A stretch of DNA of 64,000 bases. Origin: Eledone cirrhosa (lineage: Eukaryota). This document shows positions 51,804 through 64,000 of the stretch, piece by piece. The position numbers and the translations under genes were made by a program. Below the pieces are notes generated by a model. The model did not search any database. It saw nothing but the letters and a program-made list of their open reading frames with translations, and had not been told where the DNA came from. The stretch's first letter is position 1. Each line of letters starts with the position of its first letter. The stretch is taken from positions 136,958,001 through 137,022,000 of the forward strand of contig OZ024741.1 of NCBI GenBank assembly GCA_964016885.1, given 5' to 3'.

Positions 51804-54800
51804 TTTATCCGAAATATTATATTCTTTAAATAAACAAGAAATTGGTCTTAACTTCTAGTCTTATTAGAGATTAAGGGTTTTCTTTAAGTTGTTGTAGTTA
51901 AGGATTCGTAATTACATGTGTAATAAGTTATGTGTTTAGAATTATAGCCTAGGGGGCCCACCTAGACCGAGAGGAAAGCCAGGGGGGGGGGGTCGCCCCC
52001 CCCCCCCCGCTAGTTACGCTAGAGCGACTGACATCGGACGCAGCCTCTAACCACACTTTGAACACTGTGTCTGTTAACTTCCGCATCGATTCTCCTGGCT
52101 AGGAACAGAGTCCTATCCACTCCCATGTGGTGCATGTCATGCAACCCTTTCAGATCCGACTCGGTCAGCCGACACACGACAGCTATCTCCTCTTCTACAT
52201 CCTCCGGCGCTTCCATCCAGGCTTTCTTCACCCTGGTTAAAACGTCCGCCCTATTTTTCTCTGAGAGCACGAAAACTAGCCTCAGGTCGAACTCGGTGGC
52301 CAGCTCTCCTAAAGTTCCCAGGCAGCGCTTTATCAGCATCTCCACCGCCCCTCTCGTTCGCACTCTCTTCTCACTGGTGAGCATTGATCTCACCCATCCG
52401 AGTACAGTAGCCGAGTCGGTGCGGATTTCGATGGTGCGCAGTCCCCACCTCAGGGCGAGGTTTACCCCTCTCAACACCGCATCCAGTTCAGCCACATTGA
52501 TGTGGTTGCAATCGTCCTTCTTCCTAAGCCAGGCTGCATCCTCGACCTCAACACCTCCTATCTCCAACGTGACACCTAACGCTATACTGCTGGCATCGCA
52601 CCATACAGTCCCGCTCTGCGATTTGTGAACATACCAGCGTCCCCGCACTGGGTCGTCGGCCTTCACCCTCTCCACGATCTCTTGCATCATGGCCACCGTC
52701 CTCTCTCCCACTCTGTTACTCCAAGTCACCCCACCCCTCCCGCTCGTCCCTTGACATAGCTGCATGCCGTCCGGAGCCACCCAGCAATCGGGTAGTGACC
52801 CATCAACTTTCCACACGCCGAGAAAAGCTCCCGCCTACTCATACTTGGGCCCAGTTCTGGAACTTCATTTCCCACCTGGAATACTAACACGTCCGTCCTG
52901 TCTCGCCGTAGCCTAAGTCCCAGCGCGGCTCCTCCCTCCAATGCTTCTGACGGCTTCGCAGCCAGTCCATACCCCTGTAAATGGCTCATGACCTCCGCCG
53001 CCGACACTACAGACTCGTCAACTAGGATGTCGTCAATGTAGGAATTAGTGTCCCACTTCATCTTGTCGGCCTTTCCCAGAATGGTCTTGAGGACCGCCGC
53101 CATGATCTTCGGTGCAGAGCTCAGCCCGAAACCGAGCCTGGTCAGGCAATATGTCCGGCCCTTATACCTGACCAGCTGATACTGCCAGAGCTTCTCATCT
53201 ATGTGTAATTGTAAGTATGCCGACTTTAGATCGACGATTGCGGAAGCCCCCGTCATGCGTCTCCACTCACGCAGGGTTTCCCCACAAACATCCGTGACCT
53301 CGCCACCCGTGTGGCATGACACGTGCTCGTTCAGCTCCCGAAAGTCCAGTACCGGCCTCACCTTGTTCTTCGTGGGTTGCGCCACCGCCATTAACGGCAA
53401 TACTCCGCACTTCACCTCCTCTTTTCAGGGAAGCAGTATGCCCTCCCCAATCCATCTCTCTACCTCTCGCTCCTAATGTCTCCCTTCAATGTGTGTTGAT
53501 AGCAGCCCACTTTGGTCTTCAGTGTTGGTGGTTCTCCCTACTAGTACCACTCAACAACCCATCGAACACGGCCTTGAAGTCTTTGTCCTGTACAGTGTAA
53601 GCGGGATATTTCTCCTCGCGGGCCTTCTGGTTCTCCTGTCGCGTACTCACAACGCATACCGATGTGGCGCCGCCAAACGACACACCGACGTTGTTCACTG
53701 TGACGCCTCCTAAACGGCCAATTGCGTCCATGCCCATAACTACACCGATCCGATCCACCACGTTGTCGACTACGATGGCAGAAAGTCTTATTTTCTTTCC
53801 CCGTACCGTCATCTCCACCTCGCTGCGACCTCGGCATTCAATTTCCCTACCGTCGACTGCCCTTACGCTGCTCTTCCCTCTCCACCTCTGCGGTCACCAG
53901 TGTCGTCGTACAACTCGTGTCCACGAGGGCTTGCTGTGGCTTTCCCCTCACGAAAACTTTCACCACGGGCAGCGCCTCTACTTGTAAGGGGCAGCTACCG
54001 GCGCAGTAGTTCCCCTTGGATCGTTTCCCTGGTCGCAGCTAGTAGCGATGTGGCCTGGTCGCTTACACCGGTAGCATATTTTGTCCGGCCTTGACTCTCT
54101 ACAGTCTCTCGCCATGTGTGGGCACGGGCATCTAAAACAGCGACCTCTAAACGACCTCTGTTTTTCCAGTAGCTTTGTTTTCGAGAAAGTTCTTTTTTTT
54201 TTTTCTTTTTTTCTTTTGATCAATCAGATCTCAGTTTCCAGTGCCGAAATAGCTTGTGGTTAGAAAAAGCTACTTCACTTACCGCTTTCGCTGGCACCGC
54301 TAATTTAATGGCTGGTTTCTCCTCTACCACGTGCGTACAATCCAACTCGTTAACCGGGAGCTCCAAAACTGACGTCCACCACGTTCGCTGACCACTCTTG
54401 AGAGAGGCAGACCTGCTGGCCCTTCCAGTCGAGCACTCCCCAGCCTTCGGCCACCGCACACCATACCATACCTACGGGGATGACCAGAGTCTGTTTGATT
54501 GACGCACGGTGCTCGAAGCTTCTATATTGTCGAACTTGGCCCTCGCAATGGTAAGTTTATCACGTGGTAGACGATATGCACAGCTGTGTATTTGAGAGCC
54601 GGAGGTTGGAATGTGATGTTTTACTCCATGGCGAGTTGTGGGTTTGGAGAATGTTGGGATATTGAAATTCGGGGGGTTCAAAAGGTCTGAGAACTCCTTC
54701 TTGGTCTGAGAGACAGCTGCTATACAAGGAGCCGTATATGCAGATATTGCCAGAGAAACTAAGGCATACGTGTTGAAGTTAACTACCTGTCTCTCCTGAA

Positions 54801-55294
54801 GATCGACGAGCAATGAGTGGGCCTGAAAGAAGTCTGCTCTGATGAAAGGCTGATGGACATCAGCGACAGCGAATGCCTTATATTTCTGTGAGCATGTGTG
54901 AAGGGAGAAAATGCGGCATCTGTACACCTTAACTGAGGAACCATTAGGAACTGCCAAAGATTGACCTCGCTCACCGTAACGAAGGTCCTCTGCGGATGCT
55001 GGGATGACGCTGACTGGTGCTCCTGTATCAATTAGGAATCTTTGTCTTGAGATCCGATCGTGGACATACAGGAGCAGTTGATTGTGTTTGCCGGTCACCA
55101 GGGTGTTTAAGGGTGGCCAAACCTAGAGTTTCCCGGTGCCGATGATGAAGAGCTCTTGAAGCTGCATGGCTGTTTATACCTGGTAGCTCTTACTCTGAAA
55201 TTGTCATCTTCCGTTCAGTAAAAGAGAGGCCCCTCAGCTTTACCACTTTGCTTGGCATGCCTATCGAGTGTCCTCCTACCTTTCTCTCGGTGAC

Positions 55295-55594
55295 CAGGGT
55301 TGGATTTAGACCGGGGGGGGGGGGGGACTTCAGTTTTGGGGGACCTCCTCAGTCACAGAAAATTAGAATACACAGTACCCTCCCCCAATTTTACATATCA
55401 AAGTTAGCTTGGCGCAAGTAATTGGAATTGAAAAATTATACATACAAGTATTAAATTCAAAAATTCTAACCATGCTAAAACTAAAAAGCCCAGCTGGGGG
55501 TTCAAATAAATTGGTATGGCTGTCGCTGGTGGGGCCCCCACTGAAGCGAGATCGGGGAAATTTTCCCCATTGCCCACCATTAAATCCAGCCCTG
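55295..55594. mobile_element. 300-bp non-autonomous hAT MITE
   Basis: TIR CAGGGTTGGATTTA / TAAATCCAGCCCTG; TSD TCGGTGAC / TCGGTGAT. Confidence 0.85.
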
Positions 55595-56644
55595 TCGGTG
55601 ATCAATTCATCCTATCGATCTCAGGGATCTAACAGGATGACCCGCTCGGACCAGCTCTTTTCGCACTGGGTATTGATGAAGTCACCAAGATGGGAGCTGG
55701 CCTGGATTTGAATGTCTAGTATCTGGATGATGCTTGTTCTTGCATTGTTGTGAATATAAGATCGGTAGATGTTAGCAGTGGTCGTGAGGCCAACAATTTT
55801 CAGTGTAAAATAAAGTAAAAGTAAAGGACCCTTAACTCTTGGTAGGGGTCACAGGGGCACCTATAGCGGCGGTTGCGAAGAGGTTGTTTTAGACCTGCCA
55901 ACCTCTAAAAACCCAAACGGGGAGTACCATGAAAAAAAGTGCACCAAAATGGGGAGATTTTACATAATTAAAGCTATACCCATTTTCACAAGAGAAAACA
56001 TCTCCCACCCATTCCAAAGTGGATGGGAGATCTCTCCGTCGGACGGAGAGAGTTGACAGGTCTGTTGTTTGAAGTCGCCAAATATAGTTTGTATTAGCGA
56101 TTTGGCTAGTGTGGTCACTAGACAAAACCGTGTGCAAAAGGTGATGTTTATTGTAGTTTGGCAGAATTAGCAGTCGTAATTTTTGGCTTGATGGGTAATT
56201 TCGTGAGTTATTCTCTCCCATAAAAATGTTATGTGAATGTTTGTGACTTACGGCAAATGAATTCAGCTGTGACTCGCAGACAGAATGGCATTTCGGCAGC
56301 GGTGCCCGGGTTTGCGGCGGAAGAGACAAGGTTGGAGACAGAACGAGTCGCAACATGTCACGCCCCAGATTAGAGATTTACCTCACCCGAATGGAAAGAA
56401 AGTTATTTCATCTAGGCGCTTACCATCGTCAATATTGAGGCTAGCTAGCTCTAGTTGTGACGGGAAGCCGGCTTCATCGAAATTCCTCTTGATATCGTTC
56501 AGAGCGGTGTGTCGGGGAAAACAACCGCCGATATGTCGGCATAATAGCGGCTGCAGGCCTAACATTGTGATTGTATATAAATTTATTCATTATATAAATT
56601 ACACTTATATGTAAATAAGGTTTTATTCCCTCTTCCTTTCCCTC

Positions 56645-56676
<32 letters not shown>

Positions 56677-56727
56677 ATATATATTATTCAAAATATTAAT
56701 AAATGGATACATTTACATAATCAAAAT

Positions 56728-56799
56728 ATATGTTTTATTATATATATTTCGGAGGTACTGTGCTGTTTTTTCAGTACGTCCTCATCAGATAAAATATAT
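56728..56799 (-). ncRNA. Type I minimal hammerhead ribozyme (Penelope-like)
   Basis: AUAUAUUUUAU-CUGAUGA-GGAcGUACUG..CAGUACcUCC-GAAA-UAUAUAU-A-AUAAAAcAUAU; all core nucleotides present; palindromic helix III. Confidence 0.8.
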
Positions 56800-56855
56800 G
56801 AATTGATGTATGACATACCTCAAATGTGTTGATGGTTCAATTTCAGTCTTGGCAG

Positions 56856-56892
<37 letters not shown>

Positions 56893-56953
56893 CTGTTAAT
56901 TCCCCCACACATACATACATACACTGTTAATCCCCACACACATACACACACTG

Positions 56954-57010
<57 letters not shown>

Positions 57011-57011
<1 letters not shown>

Positions 57012-57464
57012 CATACGTCAAAACGGCCGGTCTCAAAAGTGAAACTAAATTTTGACAGTTACGTATACGTTATAAGAGTTATTTAAATTTATATATATAA
57101 AATAAAGGAGCAAATAAGAGCATGATATGAAGTCAGTCATGTGTGTGTGTATATATGTGTGTGTGTGTGTAAACGAATGTAAAAGTACACACACATATAC
57201 ACTTATATATGCACACATACACACTATAATATATACACGTGTGTGTGTATATATGTGTGTGTGTGTAAAATTCTAGGAAACCTTATCTATGCCCTACATA
57301 TATTCTTTTACATTCGTTTACACACACACACACACATGACTGACTTCATATCATGCTCTTATTTGCTTCTTTATTTTATATATATAAATTTAAATAACTC
57401 TTATAACGTGTACGTAATTGTCAAAAATTAGTTTCACTTTTGAGACTGGCCGTTTTGACGTATG

Positions 57465-57465
<1 letters not shown>
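57011..57465. mobile_element. MITE with ~140-bp TIRs inside a (TA)n tract
   Basis: GCATACGTCAAAACGGCC... / ...GGCCGTTTTGACGTATGC with long (TA)n on both sides. Confidence 0.85.
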
Positions 57466-57524
<59 letters not shown>

Positions 57525-57534
<10 letters not shown>

Positions 57535-57741
57535 TATAGATAGGTAAATATACACGGGTGTGTATGATTGTGTATAGAAGATTATATTAATAAGAGGGTT
57601 GGCATATACACAATAGGAATATATATATAGATATAGATAGGTAAATATACACGGGTGTGTATGATTGTGTATAGAAGATTATATTAATAAGAGGGTTGGC
57701 ATATACACAATAGGAATATATATATAGATATAGATAGGTAA
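57525..57741. repeat. ~98-bp tandem duplication
   Basis: GATATAGATAGGTAAATATACACGGGTGTG...CAATAGGAAT occurs twice. Confidence 0.9.
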
Positions 57742-57843
57742 TTTAATATTCTATCATACTATTTCATTATAATACCATTTTATATATATTTTAAAGGATT
57801 GTAAATAAAACGAGTAAATCAGACAAAGTTGGAATTCCTCTTA

Positions 57844-57877
<34 letters not shown>

Positions 57878-58429
57878 CCTTCACTCTCTTTCTCCCCCTA
57901 ATATATGTTGAGCGGGAAACACCACTATTCCTTGTGGCCATGTATAATAGAGTCACCAACCCTCGCTTATGACAATACTCAAATATTTTCTGACAAAACA
58001 TCATCATTCTCTGTTGTAGTGTGTAATTGAGGCTCACTATCGTTATTGGTATTGCCGTGGGTATTTTGGCTTGTCTCAAACTTTTTCGGAAGGAAATACC
58101 AACATTCCTTGTTGTTTTGAGTCACTGTATGTGTCATTTTGTTTCTGTTTTTTTCTTTGATTAATATCTAATGATTCGTCTCTTTTATAAATCATATTCC
58201 TTATATAAATTGCGTTTATTTATATAGCATATTCATTATATAAATTATATTATCTTTGAAGTTTTTATTATCATATAACAAATATATAAGATTAAATAGA
58301 AGTACGTAATATTAATTATTGCTAGAAACCTTATAAATATAAGACCAAAAAATGTATAATCAAAGCGAGAAAAAAAACAAACAAAAAACATCAAATCAAC
58401 ACTAAGTGTGTCAACACAAGCAAGGGTCA

Positions 58430-58885
58430 TCGGAAATTTTTGTGGCAACCCAACACGCTCGCATCATTAACGCGGGTGATGGCGAGGCTAAGGCGCTGAA
58501 ACAACCAGCAAAAGAGTCACTTACATTCCATCTACCTCTTGCACAGTGATAAAGGGTAAGACCATCTAGTCTCTTCCCATCAATTCTGGATAATCCAATC
58601 GGCTCTAGAACTGAGGAGATATTTACCAGAGCTAGGGCTCGCTTAATGATCAGGTTTAGCAACCAGCATTCAGGCGGCAAGACAAACCATAGAGGCCTGT
58701 GGAGTCAAGGGGCTTACCACAGCGACATCTCAGACACCCACAGACATCGGCTCCCACCCTGAGTGCAATGGTGATGCGGAGCTCGTCCAGGTTGAGAAGA
58801 CCAATAATGTTGGCTACAGGCAACTACAGGCAAGGTATCAACCCAGTCCCCAGAGAATTTTGCGCTTATCGAAAGTAGGCAACAC
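58430..58885 (-). mobile_element. CRE-like non-LTR retrotransposon relic (CCHC + restriction-like endonuclease)
   Basis: LRVGADVC..CRCGKPLDSTGLYGLSC and LNLIIKRAL..LEPIGLSRIDGKRLDGLT (cf. GKRPDG). Related relics at 56285-56570 and 59210-59490. Confidence 0.8.
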
Positions 58886-59749
58886 CTTGAAAATAATATT
58901 TAAAGGACCCCCCCCCCCTCCACCCCCAAAAATAGGAAAAGGAAAGAAGAAAAAAGAATAGAATTAAGCAACGAAAAAGAGAGAAGGGGAGGGAGAGACA
59001 GACTCTACACCGGCCATGTCAAAGCATACCTGCGGCCCGCACAAAGGTTCTTACAGTGCAAGCATGTTTTATCTTCGTAATATAAAATAAAATAAAAATT
59101 AGTTGTAATATGCGCAATTAATTGTCGTATGTGGCCCTCAGACAACACATATGTGGCCCTCGGCGAACCCTCAGTTTGAGCAGTGATTCGGCTGTGACCT
59201 GCAGACAAAAGGGCATTTCGGCGGCGGAGCCTGTGTTTGCGATGGAAGCGGCGAAGTTGGAGACAGAACGAATCACAATATTTCAGGTCCAAGATTAGGG
59301 ATTTACCTCCCTCGAATGAGAAGAGGATTATCTTATCTGGGCGCTTACCATCACCACAGTCAAGGCCAGCTGGCTCCAGTTGTGACGAGAGGCGGCTGCA
59401 TCGAGGTCCCTCTTGATATCGTTCAGAACGGTGTGTTGGGGAAAACAGCCATCATTAAGTTGGCATAACAGTGGCTGCAGACCGAATTGGTCAACAAAAT
59501 TGTGTTTGTATATACATTTATTCATTATATGGATTGGCAGTATCGGTAGAGGGTCGGACGCCATGCTTTGACGTATAGAGTTACGGTCCTTGCCATTCTG
59601 AGTTCAAATTCCGCCGAAGTTAACTTTGCCTTTCATCCTTACAGGGTCGATAAAATAAAGTACCAGTAATGCACTGTGTAATTGCTGGCCTTGTGCCAAA
59701 CGTAGAAACAATTATATAAATTACGCTTATATGTAAATAAGGTTTTATT

Positions 59750-60725
59750 CCCTCTATCTCTCCAGCATATATTCATCACCCTTCACTCTCTTTTTCTCTC
59801 TATCATACATTTATCACCCTTCAATCTCTTTCTCAATCATATATTTACCACCCTTTACTCTCTCCCTCTCCGTCTATCATATATTTATCCCTCTACTTCT
59901 CCCGCTTATCTTTATCACCCTTCTCTCACTAACACATATGTATCACCCTTCACCCCACCTCACTCTCTATCACATACTTATTACCCTTCACTCCCCCCCT
60001 CTCTCTATCATATTTATCACACCTTTTCTCTCTCAATATCACATACTTATCACCACTCTCTCTCTCATTCCCTCTACTTAACCATTTATCACATTTCTTC
60101 CTCCTTCTTTACTCGTGTAAGACCTTATATCTCGCCTTCTTTTTTTTATTTAACATCATTCTATCTCTTTCCTCTCTATTGTATCTTTCTCTCCACCCCT
60201 CTCTGTATAGTATATCTATCTTTCTCTCCACCCTTCTCTCTATAGTATATCTATCGTTCTTTCCACTTCTCTCTCTCTCTGTAGTATATCTTTCTCTTCA
60301 CATCCTCTCTCTAGAGTATATCTATTTTTCTTTCCACTTCTCTCTCTCTATAGTATATCTATCTTTTTCTCCGCACCTCTCTCTATAGTATAGCTATCGT
60401 TCTCTCCACACCACTCTAACTATATCTATCTTTCTACACAATTCACTATAGTATATCTATCTTTCTACCCCTCTTTCTATAATACATTTATCTTTCCCTC
60501 CACCCCTCTCTCCCTATAGTATATGTATCTTTCTCGCCATCCCCGTCTCTTTCTAAGTAAATCTATCTTTCTCTCCGCTCATCTCTCATAGTATATCTAC
60601 ATTTCTCTCATCCCCTCTCTGTCTCTGCAGTATATCTATCTTTCTCTCCACACCCCCTCTATAATCTATGTATCCAACTTACCACAGCAGTCTATCTGTC
60701 TTTCTCTCCACCCTCCTCTCTCTGT
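59750..60725. repeat. CT-rich degenerate tandem / low-complexity tract
   Basis: Recurrent ATCACCCTTCACTCTC and TAGTATATCTATCTTTCTCTCCAC units. Confidence 0.8.
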
Positions 60726-62018
60726 CATTTATAAGACTATAGTTACTTGATAGTAGCATTGTGAAAGTTGTTAGGCCAGGACCAGTTGTCGCCCCATTAA
60801 CCATCTTAAATGTTCAGTTTTCTATATTTATTGTAGAGAAAAGAGAGACAAACTGTTTGTACTTTCACTCCCGAGACGATTCTGTTTTTACTTTACTTAG
60901 TAATATATTTATTTCACCTGCAGCATATCTTCCTCATTTATTAAGTAAGTATGCATGTCTCAGGGTCTGAAAATTGGAAGTTATTTTTCAACGAATGTCG
61001 AATTAACTAGCAATCTCATCTACTAATTTATATTACTGATTAGTGGCGTTAAAAAAATTGCATATGTACGATTATATATATATATATATCCTGTTTTCTA
61101 ATACTTTCCACAATGCTTCAAGCAATGAACAACACCCTCATATACACAAATATACACTGATGTCACTAATTATTAATATACAGACTAATACTTATTGTTC
61201 TGTAGATAAGGTTGCATGATTTGATAAGATAGTTAAAAGTACAAGTGGTATTTTGTGTTGTGTATATATCTTTGTCTCATCTCTTTATCCAGTCTCATTC
61301 GTTCCCCCCAGGAATAACGTTTGTATATTTTATTCAAAAACATCAAACACAAACATTCATATTGATACAGATCGAAGACTGGCGAGGACTGTTGCAGACT
61401 TAACTAGAAAACGGAACAGTAATCTTATTTGACAACATCATGTGTATACGCAAACACATTCATATTGACATATATGTTCAAATCCCTTAGCTGGCGGGTT
61501 TCTATGTTTTAATGTATACTCATATTAATATGTTTCAAGTCCCCGGTACAGATCGAAGACTATTTTAGAATTAACCCGAAAACACATATTGCTATAAAAC
61601 GTGATCACACTTGTTCAACAATGGATGATGTTTTGCCATCACTATAAATGATAAATTTAACCAAAATACTAAATATTTGGAAAGAAAAGCTTCTAAATAA
61701 GTTAACAGACTTGTAATCAACTGTTTAAATATACATATATAATTAATGCAACTATCCTTTGTGTCGATGTTATGGATTGGTACAAAAGCCTCAACAACCT
61801 ATTTTAAGCTTGTTTATTTACTGTGCTGAAGAAGATCTGTAAATGAAACATCTCGATCACTGTAATATCGAAGTGGGTGTTTTAAATACTAATGTTCATA
61901 AATCGTCCAGACATTAACTAAATGAACACTCAAAATATGTGGACAGAGTGATAGATATATTTTCTGAAGTAAAAGGAGGCAGTGGCTTCGAAGTTCTGGC
62001 GAATGCTCACTAATACTG

Positions 62019-62088
62019 TCCACACATGATAGAATTACACTGGGGAAAACCCTTCCATTGTAGAATATGTGAGAAATCATTTACTAGA
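62019..62088 (+). pseudogene. Decayed C2H2 zinc-finger remnant
   Basis: With two 1-nt frameshifts it reads STHDRI(H)TGENP(F)HCRICEKSFTR, i.e. a TGEKP-type linker followed by CxxC. Confidence 0.55.
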
Positions 62089-62718
62089 GTAATATATATA
62101 CCTATTCTGCAACTCAATATGCATCAAGTATTATCATGATCTACGGTCTTCCAGCTCTTCGAATCGTGAATATTTGTCACAGTAATATCATTTCTACATA
62201 AGATACAAGACATAAAAAGCGTTTTTTTTTTTAATGCTATGTATTTGCTTTTATACTAAAACAACAACTATTCGATCATTTTGAAGATATGATTTATTAG
62301 TAGAGGATGAAATATATATTTAACTTGGCCATTGAGGCAAAAAAAAAATAATGAAGAAATATATGGCTGTTTCCCCTGATAATTGTGTTTATGAAATTTA
62401 AATAACCAGCTGATTTAAGGTGTAAAATCGTTGAGGACGGCCGAGGTGAACGGTAAACGCCAAACAAACCACCATGCTACTACAACCGTGACTCAACATA
62501 AGGAATATAATGTAAACACGTGGTTAACGTAGGATTTTAGTATTTATATTAAATCAATGTTGATTTAAACACTTAGTCATTTCTCAAGATGTTCATTCAA
62601 TTATCTTTTAGCATGTTTCACAAGTTATAATTTATATTTTATGTTAAACATTTTAGCTTCGATGTTAGGTTGCTTAAAATGGCTTCCACATTTGAAATGA
62701 CAAGGTGACAAACGATTC

Positions 62719-62771
<53 letters not shown>

Positions 62772-63291
62772 CATAGCATAGCACCTATTAAATTATTTTA
62801 TAATGAAATTTAATTTCGATCTTCTACAGTCTGAGTTAAAACCCCGTCTTTCATTTCAGTTATATTTTGTGTACTTTGTTTAATATACAATCAACTAGAG
62901 GATTTTTCATCGAAAAATTGGCCCCTGTGTCTAATAAAAGGATATGATTGTTAGGTTAATTAAAATCATGGTAGGCTAAATTTTGGTATTTTTTTTTTCT
63001 GGGTATTGATACAGAAAGCACCAGACTTTACCTGCCGTTACAATACAAATTCCAGACTTTGCCAAAGTGAGAGATCGTTAGCGTGTCAGGCAAAATGACT
63101 TGGGGTATCTAATTATGACACTTTAGGTTCTGAATTCTAACCCCACAGTGGCCAACTTTGTCTTTTCAGCATTCAAGGTTCGATAAAATAAAGTACCAAT
63201 CAAGTATTGCGGAGGTAAATATAATAGACATTCACCTGCTCTCCCCAAATTGCTGGCCTTTTTCCTAAATTAGAAAAAATATAATGATTAG

Positions 63292-63354
<63 letters not shown>

Positions 63355-64000
63355 CGTCGGAGACTGTCTTTGGATTTGCTCGTGTCTCCATATAACCAAT
63401 AACATCCTTTGACACTCTAACCTTCTCGGATTTTATTTTTAAATGTAGTTATGGTGTTGTAGGGTTTTGTTAAAGGTGTTACAAAGCTGTCACAGGGATA
63501 GCTATTGCGATTCATACATTTCAACTAGTGTGTCTATTAAAGGGAGATAATTAAACACCTGTCTAATTCTAGTATAGGCATGTCTTGGTGTGGTCTTGTA
63601 TGTATGTCATAAATATTTAAAGTTTTTCTGTTACTAAGGAATCCGTTCATTTTTTAAAATCGTGTTCAGTCATTAGCTACCATGTTGGGGCACTGCCTCA
63701 AAATAGATCATATCGATCCCACTACTTTTTTTTCTTTTCAAATCTGGTACTTATTTTATCGATTTTTTTTTTGTCGAAGCGCTAACGTTTCAAAACACAA
63801 AGACATAAACAAAGGCATGTACACACACCACGAAAAAATGCTTGGTTAGTGCTAGGAAGGGCATCCAATTGGGGACACCAAATCAAAACAAAAAAGAACT
63901 AAATGTCTCCCATCTCAGACTTTGACAGCTGTCTGGCCCAGGAGGGTAAGGGGGAAATATATGTCTAATGTCTATGTCAATATTTTCCTCTCCACACCCT

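Larger units (their letters stand above)
47566..52024 (-). mobile_element. hAT DNA transposon (ZMYM1/Tip100-like)
   Basis: Perfect 8-bp TSD CGACTGAC (47558-47565 / 52025-52032); TIR core GCGTAACTAGC; removing it restores the Gypsy integrase CVRCQS|IDPAP. Confidence 0.95.
46511..54460 (-). mobile_element. Inner Gypsy-type LTR retrotransposon with both LTRs, gag largely deleted
   Basis: LTRs 54255-54460 and 46511-46748; two CCHC knuckles; protease ALVDTSC; RT YIDD (52726-53415); RNase H WCDASS; integrase HHCC + DD-E (47072-47557); PPT next to 46748. Confidence 0.93.
44010..55850 (-). mobile_element. Outer Ty3/Gypsy LTR retrotransposon, decayed and multiply interrupted
   Basis: Protease FLIDTGA and RT start (54472-55098); RT continues APKPNGGWRRCGEYRRLN...KCVFLGH (46038-46500); integrase fragments at 45110-45451 and 44198-44610; PPT GAGGGGGAG followed by TGTAG at 44134. 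Outer boundaries approximate. Confidence 0.85.

Overview
AT-rich, repeat-dense eukaryotic genomic DNA. The SINE/RTE repeat families and a C2H2 remnant suggest an octopus or other cephalopod; this is inference only. Positions ~637-43.7 kb hold a minus-strand M1 metallopeptidase gene resembling aminopeptidase O (AOPEP). I reconstructed 14 phase-consistent coding exons (849 codons, HEXXH-X18-E intact); the last exon(s) lie left of the window. Its introns contain two oppositely oriented RTE LINEs, SINEs, MITEs, a solo LTR, minisatellites, fold-back palindromes and several minimal hammerhead-ribozyme motifs. Positions 44-56 kb are a nested pile: a hAT transposon inside a Gypsy element inside a second Gypsy element. 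Positions 56-64 kb hold CRE-like retrotransposon relics, another hammerhead, a MITE within a (TA)n tract and a decayed C2H2 zinc finger. I found no clearly new protein system. The most interesting signals are at the RNA level: the hammerheads, and a duplicated splice acceptor with competing inverted-repeat pairing partners.
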